In this document: one piece after another, positions 43,552 to 53,779 of the stretch
Position numbering within the stretch: the first letter of the stretch is position 1
How the letters are laid out: every line of letters starts with the position of its first letter
Origin: Clostridia bacterium
GTDB taxonomy: Bacteria; Bacillota; Clostridia; Oscillospirales; Acutalibacteraceae
Reading direction: 5' to 3'
DNA: 64,000 nucleotides
Assembly: GCA_017432485.1 (NCBI GenBank)
Contig: JAFRJB010000018.1
Location: 1,953 to 65,952 of the forward strand
Notes under the pieces: model-generated
What the model was told of the DNA's origin: nothing
The model's input: only the letters and a program-made list of their open reading frames with translations
Databases searched by the model: none
Program-made: the position numbers and the translations under genes

Positions 43552-45850
43552 AAGAAACAAAGAGCATTTTAAAATCCCCAAATCCGTGCAAGACAGTATT
43601 CCGATTGAAGCCGCCTACAATGACGGCATTTTTCAAGTCGGCAAAAAGCGGTATTCAAAAACCTACCGATTTGCTGACATTAACTATTCCGTCGCAAGCG
43701 ATGAAGACCAGCGAGAAATGTTCCTTGACTATTCCGCTTTTCTCAATGCTTTTGATGATGAAGCGATTACAAAAATCACTATCAACAACCGCGAAGTAAA
43801 CAAAGCCTCCATTGAAAGAGAACTTCTTTTGCCGTACCGGCATGATAACCTTGACGGTTATCGCAAAGAATACAATGAAATGCTTGTTGATAAAGCGGCA
43901 ACTGCTAATTCCATTGTGCAAGAGAAATACATCACCGTTACTACCGAGAAAGAGAATGTTGATGAAGCAAAGGCATATTTCTCACAAATTGAAACAGACT
44001 TTGCTTTGCGGCTCAAAAAACTCGGCAGTAAGTTGGTAGATTTAAGTGCCAATGACAGACTTCACATTCTGCACGATTTCTACCGTGTGGGTGAAGATGA
44101 AGCATTTGATTTTGATTTAAAGGTCTGTGACAAACGAGGTCACGACTTTAAGGACTGCATTTGTCCCGACTCGTTTGAGTTTAAGCGTGACTATTTCAGA
44201 ATGGGCGATAAATTCGGCAGAGTGATTTTCTTGCGTGACTATGCTTCCGGCATATCCGACAGCTTTATATCTAAACTCACTTCTCTCAACCGAAACTTAA
44301 TGCTTTCGATTGATGTGGAACCGATTGCGGCTCACGAAGCCGTTAAAAAGGTGGAAAAAACCTTACTCGGCATCAACACCGAAATCACGAATTGGAAACG
44401 CAAGCAATCTTCCAACGGTAACTATGGTGCCGACATTCCCTATGATATGGCAGCGCGCAAAGAAAAAGTTGAAGATTTGCTCAATGACTTAAATGACCGT
44501 GACCAAAAGATGTTTATGTGTGTTCTGACAATGGTCATCACTGCCGATTCTATGGAGCAGTTAAACATTGACACCAAGCAAATCTTTATGACAGCACAAG
44601 GCGAAAACTGCCAAATGGGAAAACTCACATTCCAACAGTATGAGGGACTTCGCACAGTTCTTCCCATCGGTCAATGTGAGATTGAAAGCAAGAGAACATT
44701 AACGAGTGAATCCCTTGCAGTGCTGATGCCGTTTAGAGTGCAGGATATTCGCCACAATAACGGTATCTATTACGGTCTTAACCCTATTAGCAAAAACCTG
44801 ATTCTTATCAACCGCGCGGAACTTTTAAACGGTAACGGCTTTATTCTCGGTGTGCCCGGCGGTGGTAAATCCTTCACGGCTAAAGGCGAAATTTTTGCAG
44901 AAGTGCTTGCAGGGCAAGCAGATATTATCATCATTGATCCCGAGAGAGAATACTCGCCGCTTGTCAAAGCACTTGGCGGTGAAGTTATCCCCATCTCTGC
45001 TAACTCCGACTTCCATATCAATGCTCTTGATATGAACAAAGATTACGATGAAAGCGCAAACCCGATTGCACTCAAATCGCAGTTTATTATGTCGCTTTGT
45101 CAGCAGATTATGGGCAATATGGATGTCAATGCAAAGCATCGCTCCATTATTGATAATTGCGCTATTAATGTGTATAAGGACTTCATCGCCAATGGATACA
45201 GAGGAAAAGCACCAACATTGGTTGATTTCAGAAACGAACTGATTAAACGAAGCGAAGATGAAGCACAGGATATGGCGCTGGCTTTAGAACTCTTTACAGA
45301 GGGTTCACTCAACACCTTTGCACAGCCGACCAATGTGGACACCGACAACCGCCTTATCTGCTATGACATTCTTGACTTGGGCAAACAGTTAATGCCTATC
45401 GGTATGTTAGTCATTCTTGACAGTATCCTAAACCGTGTTACTTCCAACAGAGCAAGAGGAAAGAAAACCTACATCTTCATAGATGAAATCTACTTGTTAT
45501 TCGAGTATGAATACAGTGCCAATTTCCTGTTTACTCTTTGGAAGCGCGTGAGAAAGTACGGTGCATATGCAACCGGTATTACACAGAATGTGGAAGATTT
45601 GTTGCAAAGCCATACCGCCCGTTCAATGCTTTCCAATTCCGAATTGATTGTGATGCTCAATCAGGCATCAACCGACAGATTGGAACTTGCAAAACTGCTC
45701 GGCATCTCGGATGAGGAAATGAAGTATATCACCAATGTGGATGCCGGTAACGGACTGATTAAGATAGGCAGCTCGCTTGTGCCGTTTGAAAACAAATTCC
45801 CGCATAATTCACTCTATAAACTCATGTCAACAAAACCGGGAGAGTCTTAA
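43532..45850 (+). CDS. VirB4-like conjugal transfer ATPase (CD1110-type)
   Basis: AAGGAGG precedes the ATG at 43532. Walker A GVPGGGKSF, Walker B IFIDEIYLL. Confidence 0.9.
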   Translation: MPKKKIKRNKEHFKIPKSVQDSIPIEAAYNDGIFQVGKKRYSKTYRFADINYSVASDEDQREMFLDYSAFLNAFDDEAITKITINNREVNKASIERELLLPYRHDNLDGYRKEYNEMLVDKAATANSIVQEKYITVTTEKENVDEAKAYFSQIETDFALRLKKLGSKLVDLSANDRLHILHDFYRVGEDEAFDFDLKVCDKRGHDFKDCICPDSFEFKRDYFRMGDKFGRVIFLRDYASGISDSFISKLTSLNRNLMLSIDVEPIAAHEAVKKVEKTLLGINTEITNWKRKQSSNGNYGADIPYDMAARKEKVEDLLNDLNDRDQKMFMCVLTMVITADSMEQLNIDTKQIFMTAQGENCQMGKLTFQQYEGLRTVLPIGQCEIESKRTLTSESLAVLMPFRVQDIRHNNGIYYGLNPISKNLILINRAELLNGNGFILGVPGGGKSFTAKGEIFAEVLAGQADIIIIDPEREYSPLVKALGGEVIPISANSDFHINALDMNKDYDESANPIALKSQFIMSLCQQIMGNMDVNAKHRSIIDNCAINVYKDFIANGYRGKAPTLVDFRNELIKRSEDEAQDMALALELFTEGSLNTFAQPTNVDTDNRLICYDILDLGKQLMPIGMLVILDSILNRVTSNRARGKKTYIFIDEIYLLFEYEYSANFLFTLWKRVRKYGAYATGITQNVEDLLQSHTARSMLSNSELIVMLNQASTDRLELAKLLGISDEEMKYITNVDAGNGLIKIGSSLVPFENKFPHNSLYKLMSTKPGES

Positions 45851-45878
45851 CTCTCTCGGTCATTGTGAGGTGATACAA

Positions 45879-46238
45879 TTGGCGAAGGAATTTACAAAAG
45901 TTCAAAATCTCAAAATCAAGAAATTGATTAAAAAGTCTTGTGCTAACTGCTTTAATGAAAATTGTTGCCTACTTGATGACGGGTACGGCTGTCCTTGTGT
46001 TCAAATCAACAGTTGCCACCTAATGTGCACTTACTTCAAAAACGCAGTTTTGCCATTAGAACCTTCTTTGGAAAAAGAGCTACTTGGTTATAGCAGTAAA
46101 GAGTTGTGTGCTTTGTGTAAAAAACCGTTTGTAAAAACAGGCAACAATCAAAGATACTGTATTAAATGTTCAAAAATTAGAAGAAACTCTAAGAATACTG
46201 AATATGTTAATCAGCATAGAAATCGCAAAAAAATGTAA
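45879..46238 (+). CDS. cysteine-rich small protein (Cys-rich VLP-like)
   Basis: TTG at 45879 follows GTGAGGTGA. CANCFNENCCLLDDGYGCPCVQINSCHLMC and CALCKK...CIKC. Confidence 0.55.
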   Translation: MAKEFTKVQNLKIKKLIKKSCANCFNENCCLLDDGYGCPCVQINSCHLMCTYFKNAVLPLEPSLEKELLGYSSKELCALCKKPFVKTGNNQRYCIKCSKIRRNSKNTEYVNQHRNRKKM

Positions 46239-46360
46239 GCATTTTGAGCATTTTAAAGCACATAGTTATGCGCTTTGTGAATACCACTTTTTAAAGGGTA
46301 ATATGTTTTCATTAACACCCCAAAAAATAGCTTCAAAATGCTTACAAAGGAGGTGAAAAA

Positions 46361-48157
46361 TTGCCTGATATTAAAGAAGTTGCAGACAGAACTATTAAAA
46401 CGATTGATAGTGCAAAAATTGCGACTGAAAGAATCAAAGACACCGGCATTAAAACCGTGAATGAAACAAAATCTGCCGCTACGTCTCATTCCAAAAATGT
46501 GAATGAATACGGTTCCGAACGCATTGAAAGCACAACGCACTCTGCGGCAGAAACGGTAGTGTATGAAGCGGAGCAGACTAATAAGCGAGTGAAAAAGCAC
46601 ATTCGCAAAAAATTTGAGCAGAAGTATTATTCCGATAGACATCAGCCACAATCTACAAATGAAGGCAACTTTGAAACAAGTCCATCCAACCAAACAGTGG
46701 AATCGGAAATTGCTCCGAGAAGACCTCAAAGAGCTATTCAGAGAGAATATGAAACTCCAAAACCGCAAAATCCTGTCAAAAAAATCAAAACCGTTGAAGC
46801 AGGTGAAATCAAGCAGAAAACCAAAGCCACCTACAAGTCGGCAGACGCATCTATCAAAACTGTAGAGAGAACTACCAAAGAAACCGCTAAAGCGGCTCAA
46901 AAGAGCAAACAGGCGTTTAAAAGCGCTAAAGAAAGTAAAGTGGTTGCAAAAGAAGCTGCCAAAAAATCGGCACAAGCCGCAAAGAAAAGTGCCGAGATTG
47001 CAAAAGCAGCGGCAAAAAAAGCGGCTCAGCTGGCAAAGAAACTTGCCGACTTTTTGGTGAAACTCTTTAAAGCCATCGGTGCCGCGTTCAAAGAGCTTGG
47101 AGCGGCTATCGGTGCAGGCGGTGGAGTTGCAGTTGTCGTCATTATTGTTCTCTGCTTAATCGGTGCGATTGCCTTTTCTATTTACGGCATCTTCTATTCC
47201 GGTGAGGATAGCGGAACAGGCATTACCGTTCATTCTGCCGTTGCCGAATTTAACGAAGCCTTCCAACAAAAGAACGATGAGATTCTTTCTTCTGTCAAAT
47301 ATGACAAGCTGGAAATGTCCGGTTCACAAGCTGATTGGAAAGATGTATTGGCTGTTTATACCGTTAAACTCTGCGGCGATACCGATAACCCGACAGAAGT
47401 TGCCACAATGGATGAAAGCAAGAAAAAAGAACTTGAAAAGGTCTTTTGGGATATGAACAGTATTGACTACCATACCGTAACAAAAGAAACTAAAAAGATG
47501 GTAGAAGTGGAGGAAAACGGCAAAAAAGTCAAAAAAGAAAAAATCATTAGAACTGTTTGGCTTTATATTGAGCACAATTCTAAAACTGCCAACCAAATGG
47601 CTGAGGAATACGGCTTCACTGCCAAACAAAAAGAAGACTTGGCAGAACTGCTTTCCCCTGCAAATGAAAGTTTGTGGATTTCCCTTATCTACGGTCTTGG
47701 TTTAAATCAAACGGTAGATGTGACTAACCTAAACTTTCAAAATGAAAAAGCGACAGTAGAGCAAAAGAAAGTTGCTCTTGTCGCTATGAATGCAGATTCT
47801 TACGGTATTCCTGCTATAAAAGGATATTGTGAAGGCTGGGTTGCCGATGTATATAATGTTGCAGTGCACAACCGAGGCTATGCCTACTCTGCTATTGCCG
47901 CCGGCAGAGCATGGTCGGTTTCCAAAGATTGGAGCCAAATCCAAATCGGTGCTACCGTTTACGGTCACGCCGGCAACCCTTGCGGGCATGTCGGCATCTA
48001 TATTGGCGGCGGTATGGTTGCACACAATAATGGCGGTGTGATTGTAGAATCACTCGAACATTGGATAAGTTGGTACAGCGGGGTTTGCTGGGGATGGGAA
48101 AATGGATATAACCTGTCCGGCAATCCAAAGTACAATAGTGTAGGAGCGTTGATATAA
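46361..48157 (+). CDS. cell-wall hydrolase of the conjugation apparatus (CD1108-type; coiled Lys/Ala-rich region, TM helix, C-terminal NlpC/P60-CHAP-like domain)
   Basis: TTG start after AAAGGAGGTG. TM helix VAVVVIIVLCLIGAIAFSIYGIF. C-terminus CEGWVADVY ... GHVGIYIGGGMVAHN. Confidence 0.8.
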   Translation: MPDIKEVADRTIKTIDSAKIATERIKDTGIKTVNETKSAATSHSKNVNEYGSERIESTTHSAAETVVYEAEQTNKRVKKHIRKKFEQKYYSDRHQPQSTNEGNFETSPSNQTVESEIAPRRPQRAIQREYETPKPQNPVKKIKTVEAGEIKQKTKATYKSADASIKTVERTTKETAKAAQKSKQAFKSAKESKVVAKEAAKKSAQAAKKSAEIAKAAAKKAAQLAKKLADFLVKLFKAIGAAFKELGAAIGAGGGVAVVVIIVLCLIGAIAFSIYGIFYSGEDSGTGITVHSAVAEFNEAFQQKNDEILSSVKYDKLEMSGSQADWKDVLAVYTVKLCGDTDNPTEVATMDESKKKELEKVFWDMNSIDYHTVTKETKKMVEVEENGKKVKKEKIIRTVWLYIEHNSKTANQMAEEYGFTAKQKEDLAELLSPANESLWISLIYGLGLNQTVDVTNLNFQNEKATVEQKKVALVAMNADSYGIPAIKGYCEGWVADVYNVAVHNRGYAYSAIAAGRAWSVSKDWSQIQIGATVYGHAGNPCGHVGIYIGGGMVAHNNGGVIVESLEHWISWYSGVCWGWENGYNLSGNPKYNSVGALI

Positions 48158-48165
48158 AAACTTTG

Positions 48166-48198
48166 ACGGAGAGGTTCTGACCTCTCCGTATTTTCTCT
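48166..48198 (+). terminator. rho-independent terminator ending the ICE backbone operon
   Basis: ACGGAGAGGT-TCTG-ACCTCTCCGT then ATTTTCTCTT. Composition turns very AT-rich right after it. Confidence 0.8.
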
Positions 48199-48293
48199 TA
48201 TGTTTTATTTGCCCTTCTTTTTGAACTAACAATGAAAGTTAGATTACAGAAGAGATTTTTAAATCGAATTATTAATCATATTGCTTAATAAAC

Positions 48294-48322
48294 TTGCAAA
48301 TAGAACAGCCAACTGATATACT
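48294..48322 (+). promoter_or_regulatory. sigma-A-type promoter for the graspetide-like operon
   Basis: TTGCAA, 17 nt spacer, TATACT. Confidence 0.5.
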
Positions 48323-48353
48323 ATTCACATAAACAAAAAGGAGGCTTATCACA

Positions 48354-48560
48354 ATGAAAAAACATATTATTATTGAAAAATCAAAAAAATATGTATTAAC
48401 TAATCAAGAACTTGTACCAGCCGGGTGTTCATACAATTCAAAAGGTGGCTTTTGGGTAGATGATTCTTCAAATATTGCTATGATGAGAAGTCTTAATTTT
48501 GAATTAGCAGCGACTAAAAAGTGTGATATTGAGACTGGAGAGGATCAAAAAGGTGAATGA
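48354..48560 (+). CDS. candidate graspetide (omega-ester/amide RiPP) precursor peptide
   Basis: RBS AAAGGAGG. 68 aa. C-terminal tail ATKKCDIETGEDQKGE is rich in Thr/Lys donors and Asp/Glu acceptors. Its last codons overlap the ATP-grasp start. Confidence 0.55.
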   Translation: MKKHIIIEKSKKYVLTNQELVPAGCSYNSKGGFWVDDSSNIAMMRSLNFELAATKKCDIETGEDQKGE

Positions 48561-49497
48561 TATTGAATACTTAGTCATTGCTTCTTCTGTTGATTTCTCT
48601 ACGGATCTTATTTGCATGGAATTGCAAGAAAGGCAAAAAAAGTATATCCGATTAAATCGTGACAGATTTGAAGAATATGAGATATCTTATTCACTGCAGA
48701 ATCAAGTAATGACCATTAGAGTGGAAGAAACAACATATACTATCAAGAACGAGAATCTTAAGGGAATATACTTTAGGGCTCCTGTTTTTTTACGTTCTCA
48801 CAAAAGTTATAGTATAGACAAACAATTATATAGAAGTCAATGGAGTTCATTTATTAGGAATTTAATTGTTTTTGAAAGAGCGAAATGGATTAATCACCCG
48901 GTGAATACATATCGTGCAGAGAATAAGCTATTTCAGCTTCAATGTGCAAAAAATGTGGGATTGTTAACGCCGAAAACACATATTGGAAATGTATTACCTC
49001 AAACAATAATACCCACTAATAATTATATAGTGAAGTCTTTGGATACTGCGTTGTTTTATAATGAAATTCAAGAATACTTCACATATACTTCAGTTGTTAG
49101 CGGCAAAGAACTTTTAGAATCGAATATCAAAGATGCACCTATTATTTTACAAGAATTCCTTGAAGATAAGCTGGATATAAGGGTGACGGTCATTGGAAAC
49201 AAGTTATATCCAGTTTCCATAACAAAAAATGGCGAAAACATATATGGAGATTGGAGAAAGAATTCAAAAGATGTTTTAAATTATGAGTCAATAGAATTAC
49301 CTGTTGATATTTCTACGAATATAGTCAAATTAATGGAACAGCTGGGGCTCGTGTTTGGTGGTATTGATTTAGCTTTAGCGAATGGAAATTACTACTTTAT
49401 TGAAGTTAACCCTACCGGTGAATGGGGATGGTTACGTCAATATGGATCTATACCACTTGAAGAAGCTATTGTAAATAAATTAGTTGGTGAAACATAA
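48553..49497 (+). CDS. MvdC/MvdD-type ATP-grasp peptide maturase
   Basis: GTG at 48553 follows GGAGAGGA. VNDIEYLVIASSVDFSTD..., NKLFQLQCAKNVGLLTP, GDWRK, YYFIEVNPTGEWGWL. Collinear with microviridin ligase motifs as I remember them. Confidence 0.7.
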   Translation: MNDIEYLVIASSVDFSTDLICMELQERQKKYIRLNRDRFEEYEISYSLQNQVMTIRVEETTYTIKNENLKGIYFRAPVFLRSHKSYSIDKQLYRSQWSSFIRNLIVFERAKWINHPVNTYRAENKLFQLQCAKNVGLLTPKTHIGNVLPQTIIPTNNYIVKSLDTALFYNEIQEYFTYTSVVSGKELLESNIKDAPIILQEFLEDKLDIRVTVIGNKLYPVSITKNGENIYGDWRKNSKDVLNYESIELPVDISTNIVKLMEQLGLVFGGIDLALANGNYYFIEVNPTGEWGWLRQYGSIPLEEAIVNKLVGET

Positions 49498-49498
49498 A

Positions 49499-50362
49499 AT
49501 GAAAAGAATCATTCAGTCAATAATCGAACAAATATTTCCCTCTATTTCTATAAGTAAGGCAAATAAACTACTTAAAAAGAAGATAAACAGCGAAAAAAGC
49601 CAAAGCAATGTTTCTGCTAAGGAAAATTTCGATGTAATTCCAATTGAAAATTTTAGGCAGAAATACACCGAAACATTTAATATTAAAAGCAAGTTTGAAG
49701 AAAAAGCAAAAACAAATGTGGTTGGTATCACAATTGCTATTACCATAATAATGGGAGCCTCTGGACTAATCGACTCGCTTATTAGAAAGTACACAAGCGT
49801 CCCCCTTCATTGGATATCCTTTGTTCTTCTTTCAGTATCTATTATTTATTTACTCGTTTCTGGCATCGATGCTATCAGAGTTCTTTTTAATGAAAATACA
49901 ATGTCAATAGTTGACTTGCCTGATTTGTCTGCAGATGATATTGGAACAAAAGAAAAATATGATGATTATACAAACAGGAATATTAATCGAAATATAGTTA
50001 GAAACAATATTGTATATTCATCATATATTTGCATTAGAAACGCTTTAATCTGTATGATGGTTCTTTTTATTCTTGTATCAATTCCATTTTCGGATATTAG
50101 AGAGGAAGTTGATACTGGGATGGTTACCAACAATTCTTCAATATCTTATTCCTCAGACATAATTATTCCCGATCGAATATCTCGTTCTACAATAAACAAT
50201 AATATTACTATTGATAAATCCACCAGAGAAGATATCAAAGACGGAGAAACATATACTTTTGTAAACATGGAAGAAAAATTTCTTGTGAAATATAAGTGTG
50301 TTGGAACTAATATTATTGTCCAAACCTTTTCCACTTTTGATAAGATAATAAATAATCAATAA
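49499..50362 (+). CDS. hypothetical membrane protein (about 3 TM helices)
   Basis: The ATG lies 1 nt after the ATP-grasp stop. An imperfect hairpin follows at about 50372-50410. Confidence 0.6.
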   Translation: MKRIIQSIIEQIFPSISISKANKLLKKKINSEKSQSNVSAKENFDVIPIENFRQKYTETFNIKSKFEEKAKTNVVGITIAITIIMGASGLIDSLIRKYTSVPLHWISFVLLSVSIIYLLVSGIDAIRVLFNENTMSIVDLPDLSADDIGTKEKYDDYTNRNINRNIVRNNIVYSSYICIRNALICMMVLFILVSIPFSDIREEVDTGMVTNNSSISYSSDIIIPDRISRSTINNNITIDKSTREDIKDGETYTFVNMEEKFLVKYKCVGTNIIVQTFSTFDKIINNQ

Positions 50363-50642
50363 ACTCTATCAAACAAATCCGGGTTGCCTCTTTATTGAGA
50401 CAACCCGAATTATTATTTACTTAGAACTGTTGAATTGTAATAGAAGAAAATACTGTCTGTTGTTTATTATAATATTTTTTCTTTTCAACTAGTGTGTAAC
50501 TAATACCTGTTTTATTATATATATGGTTATATTAACAAAAAGACAAAAAGCAACACGCTTTTTTATTAATATTCTTCTCATTCGTTTTAATGCAGCAAAT
50601 GTTAACTAATAGATACCAAATGTGAACATTTTATAACAAATA

Positions 50643-50671
50643 TTGACAAAATAATATGTTTTATTTATTAT
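50643..50671 (+). promoter_or_regulatory. sigma-A-type promoter for the TIR-like/ThyA-like operon
   Basis: TTGACA, 17 nt spacer, TATTAT, 27 nt upstream of the start at 50698. Confidence 0.5.
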
Positions 50672-50697
50672 TAAAGAAATAATGTGAGAGGTGACAT

Positions 50698-51156
50698 ATG
50701 GCTGATAATGCAAAGAACATTTTCGTTTCACATCACCATACGGATGCTGAAAGTATTGAAAAGTTAAAGGATCTACTATCAAAAAATGGATTAACTATGA
50801 GAGACAGTTCTATCTATGAATCGAAATCCCAGAATAATGCTCATAACGAAGAATATATCAAAAGTTTAATTCGTCCACAAATTAATTGGGCAGGAGAAAT
50901 TATTGTACTTATAGGGAGTAATACCGCCAAAAGTGACTGGGTTGATTGGGAAATAGAAGCTGCGGCAAAAAAAGACAAGCGTATTATAGGTGTCTATCTT
51001 CCAGGTGAAAAGGATGCAGAATTATCAGACGCATTCAACACTTATGCTGACTCGCTCATCGGCTGGGACTCCTCATCAATAATTGACGCATTAAATGGCG
51101 AAGATATTTGGGTTGGTCCAGCTCGCAATAACATGATTCAAGGAGTTAATTGTTAA
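50698..51156 (+). CDS. ThsB-type TIR-like domain protein (DUF1863/MTH538-like)
   Basis: RBS GAGAGGTG. NIFVSHHHTDAESIEKLKDLL ... IIVLIGSNTAKSDWVDWEIEAAAKKDKRIIGVYLPG (the WVxWEI motif). Confidence 0.65.
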   Translation: MADNAKNIFVSHHHTDAESIEKLKDLLSKNGLTMRDSSIYESKSQNNAHNEEYIKSLIRPQINWAGEIIVLIGSNTAKSDWVDWEIEAAAKKDKRIIGVYLPGEKDAELSDAFNTYADSLIGWDSSSIIDALNGEDIWVGPARNNMIQGVNC

Positions 51157-51785
51157 AACCAATGAAAATATATTCATATAAAATTACAAGAGATTTTGGT
51201 TTTGCACCTAACCCATACTTTGGTATTTGTACATTAGCGACATGTAAACCTGATATTCGAAAATTGGCAAATGAGGGTGACTGGATAATCGGATTTGGAG
51301 GAAAAAACACAAATGCTTATCATAAAATTGTCTATTTAATGGAAGTGTCCGAGGTGATAAGCTTTGAACAATATTGGATTGATGAGAGATTTGTTCAAAA
51401 AAGACCAAGATTTGATAAAAACTTAAAATACTGCTATGGAGATAATATTTATCATAAAAACGCACAAGGCGAATGGATTCAAGAGCAGTCTCATCACAGC
51501 AATGGCATAGAGATTAATCCTAATAATTTAAAAAGGGACACTGGCAGAACTACAAATGTCCTAATATCAACAAACTATTGGTACTTTGGTGATGATGCAA
51601 TTAATACGCCTTCTGACTTTGCCGCCTTTTTCCCTGAATGTAGAAATTACAGAATATTTCAATCAGAGGAAGATATAAGACAATTTTTACTTCTTAAAAA
51701 CCATATTGAGAATAACTATGAGAGGGGTATGAATGGTCTTCCCTTCTCCCAAAAAGGAAAATTTATACAATATAAAGGTGAATAA
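51150..51785 (+). CDS. Nmad2-like (nucleotide modification associated domain 2) protein
   Basis: MKIYSYKITRDFGFAPNPYFGICTLATCKPDIRKLANEGDWIIGFGG matches my memory of the Nmad2 N-terminal signature. Start is TTG at 51150 (4 nt after AAGGAG) or ATG at 51162. Overlaps the TIR-like gene. Confidence 0.5.
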   Translation: MLKPMKIYSYKITRDFGFAPNPYFGICTLATCKPDIRKLANEGDWIIGFGGKNTNAYHKIVYLMEVSEVISFEQYWIDERFVQKRPRFDKNLKYCYGDNIYHKNAQGEWIQEQSHHSNGIEINPNNLKRDTGRTTNVLISTNYWYFGDDAINTPSDFAAFFPECRNYRIFQSEEDIRQFLLLKNHIENNYERGMNGLPFSQKGKFIQYKGE

Positions 51786-51788
51786 AAC

Positions 51789-52757
51789 TTGGAATACTTT
51801 AAAAAACACTATTTAAAAACAACACCGGTATTTGACACATATTGGAAGTTTGCTTGTGAACGACAAAACATTTTTATAAAAAAAAACAATGGTGAGCCAT
51901 CACCATGGACAAATGATCCTATACTGCAAACTTATAAATTTACAAACGCTTACAGAGCAAGTGACCGAGTAAGCCAATACTTAATTAAAGATGTAATATA
52001 TTCATATTCAGGAAATGATGAAGACTTATTGTTCAGAATTCTTCTATTTAAGATATTTAACAAAATTGAAACATGGAATTATTTATTAGAAAACATCGGA
52101 GAAATCAGTTATCATACATATAAAAGAAGTCAGTATTCATCTCTTCTTAATGATTTAAGAGAGAAAAAAACCGCAATATATTCAGGTGCATATATTATGG
52201 CATCAGGAATAAATGAGTTTGGGAATAGAAAAAAATATGAAAACCATCTTGATTTATTGGAACTGATGTTTAAAGATAATTTGTTGCTGAGAATTAATCA
52301 ATGCAAATCATTGGAAGAATTATACTGTTTATTGCTTAATTATCCAACAATTGGCACTTTTCTGGCATATCAATATACTATTGATATAAACTATAGTGAA
52401 ATATGTGACTTCGATGAGATGGAATTTGTTGTCGCCGGTCCAGGAGCTAAATCAGGTATACTGAAATGCTTTAAAGATACTGACTCTCTTAGTGAATCAG
52501 AAGTCATTCGGTTTATGTGTGAAAACCAAGAACAAGAATTTAATAAAAGAGGCCTTGATTTTAAATATTTATTCGGAAGAAAATTGCAACTAATTGATTG
52601 TCAAAACCTCTTCTGTGAAACCGACAAATATGCACGAGTTCTTCATCCTGAATATATTGGCACTTCAAGTAGAAAAAGAATAAAACAAAAATACAGTACA
52701 AACAAAAATGCAATCGAATTCTTTTACCCTCCAAAATGGGGATTGACAATGAGGTAA
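51789..52757 (+). CDS. alpha-glutamyl/putrescinyl-thymine pyrophosphorylase (aGPT-Pplase)-like DNA base hypermodification protein
   Basis: TTG start after AAAGGTGA. YWKFACERQNIFIKKNNGEPSPWTNDPILQTYKFTNAYRASDRVSQYL, GTFLAYQYTIDINY and VVAGPGAKSG, assigned from memory. No P-loop is present. Confidence 0.45.
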   Translation: MEYFKKHYLKTTPVFDTYWKFACERQNIFIKKNNGEPSPWTNDPILQTYKFTNAYRASDRVSQYLIKDVIYSYSGNDEDLLFRILLFKIFNKIETWNYLLENIGEISYHTYKRSQYSSLLNDLREKKTAIYSGAYIMASGINEFGNRKKYENHLDLLELMFKDNLLLRINQCKSLEELYCLLLNYPTIGTFLAYQYTIDINYSEICDFDEMEFVVAGPGAKSGILKCFKDTDSLSESEVIRFMCENQEQEFNKRGLDFKYLFGRKLQLIDCQNLFCETDKYARVLHPEYIGTSSRKRIKQKYSTNKNAIEFFYPPKWGLTMR

Positions 52758-52761
52758 TACT

Positions 52762-53772
52762 ATGGCTTTTTTTTATGAAGGTGATACAATAAATGAAATT
52801 TTCAATAAAATCTATCACTCATTTGAAACTTCTAAAAATATAACTATTCCGAGCCAAAGAGGCGATACCATAGAAAAACTCCATTCAATAATTTCTTTAC
52901 ATAATCCTCAACAAAGATGGTTAACGATACGAAAACCTAGTATTAGCCTTGCATATGTCTTTGCAGAACTAATTATTCTTTTGAGCGGAAATAATGAAGC
53001 TAAAATTATTAATAGTTGGAATCCTTCGCTACCAAAGTTTCAAGGCGATTATCAAAAATATCCCGGTTCCTATGGAAACAGATTAAAATACCAGTTTGGA
53101 TTTGATCAACTTGAGCAAGCCTACAGTGCACTCTTACATGAACCCTCATCTAGACAAATTGTTCTTAGCATTTGGAAGCCTGACCTTGATTTGCCAAAAA
53201 CACAAGGGATCCCCAACAGTATGGACATTCCTTGTAATGTGATTTCTATGCTGAAAATTCGCGACAATAAATTACACTGGTCTCAAATAATGAGGAGTAA
53301 CGATTTTTATCTAGGTCTTCCTTATGATGTTATTCTGTTTTCCTTATTGCAAGAAGTTTTCGCCGGATGGTTGGAAATTGAATTAGGTGAATACTCACAT
53401 TTTTGTGATAGTTTACATTACTATGTCAATAAAAAAATGAACATTGCTGAAACTGATGATTCAACTTTTCAAATTGAAGATTTACGTCTAAAAAAATCAG
53501 AATACGATAAAGCATTTCCAATCCTTTATAGTTACTTTACGTCTTTAAGTGATAATGAGAAAGTAGAAAATGAGGTTGAAATGATAATTAATTCACCAAT
53601 AACTCTTCCTAAATCATATGATAATATTTTAATGATATTATGTCTTTATAAATCTTTCAAAGAAACGAGAAATAGCAATCATTTCGATATTTGCATGAAA
53701 CGGTGTTCAAATGAATTATATAAATCATTGTTCATAAATTGGATGTCTGAACAAAAAAAGGATAAGGAGTAA
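52762..53772 (+). CDS. thymidylate-synthase-superfamily pyrimidine hydroxymethylase/methylase with Asp at the base-discriminating position
   Basis: Collinear with ThyA: IPCNV (catalytic Cys), MRSNDFYLGLPYDVILFSLL versus E. coli [20 protein letters not shown], and DSLHYYVNK versus DTHLYSNH. The Asn177 equivalent is Asp. Confidence 0.8.
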   Translation: MAFFYEGDTINEIFNKIYHSFETSKNITIPSQRGDTIEKLHSIISLHNPQQRWLTIRKPSISLAYVFAELIILLSGNNEAKIINSWNPSLPKFQGDYQKYPGSYGNRLKYQFGFDQLEQAYSALLHEPSSRQIVLSIWKPDLDLPKTQGIPNSMDIPCNVISMLKIRDNKLHWSQIMRSNDFYLGLPYDVILFSLLQEVFAGWLEIELGEYSHFCDSLHYYVNKKMNIAETDDSTFQIEDLRLKKSEYDKAFPILYSYFTSLSDNEKVENEVEMIINSPITLPKSYDNILMILCLYKSFKETRNSNHFDICMKRCSNELYKSLFINWMSEQKKDKE

Positions 53773-53779
53773 TAGCGCT

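Noticed and set aside
46253-46975. 240-aa minus-strand ORF antisense to the CD1108-type hydrolase gene
   Set aside because: It is a Phe/Cys/Arg-rich mirror image of the Lys/Ala-rich coiled region on the plus strand. It has no RBS and is a low-complexity artefact.
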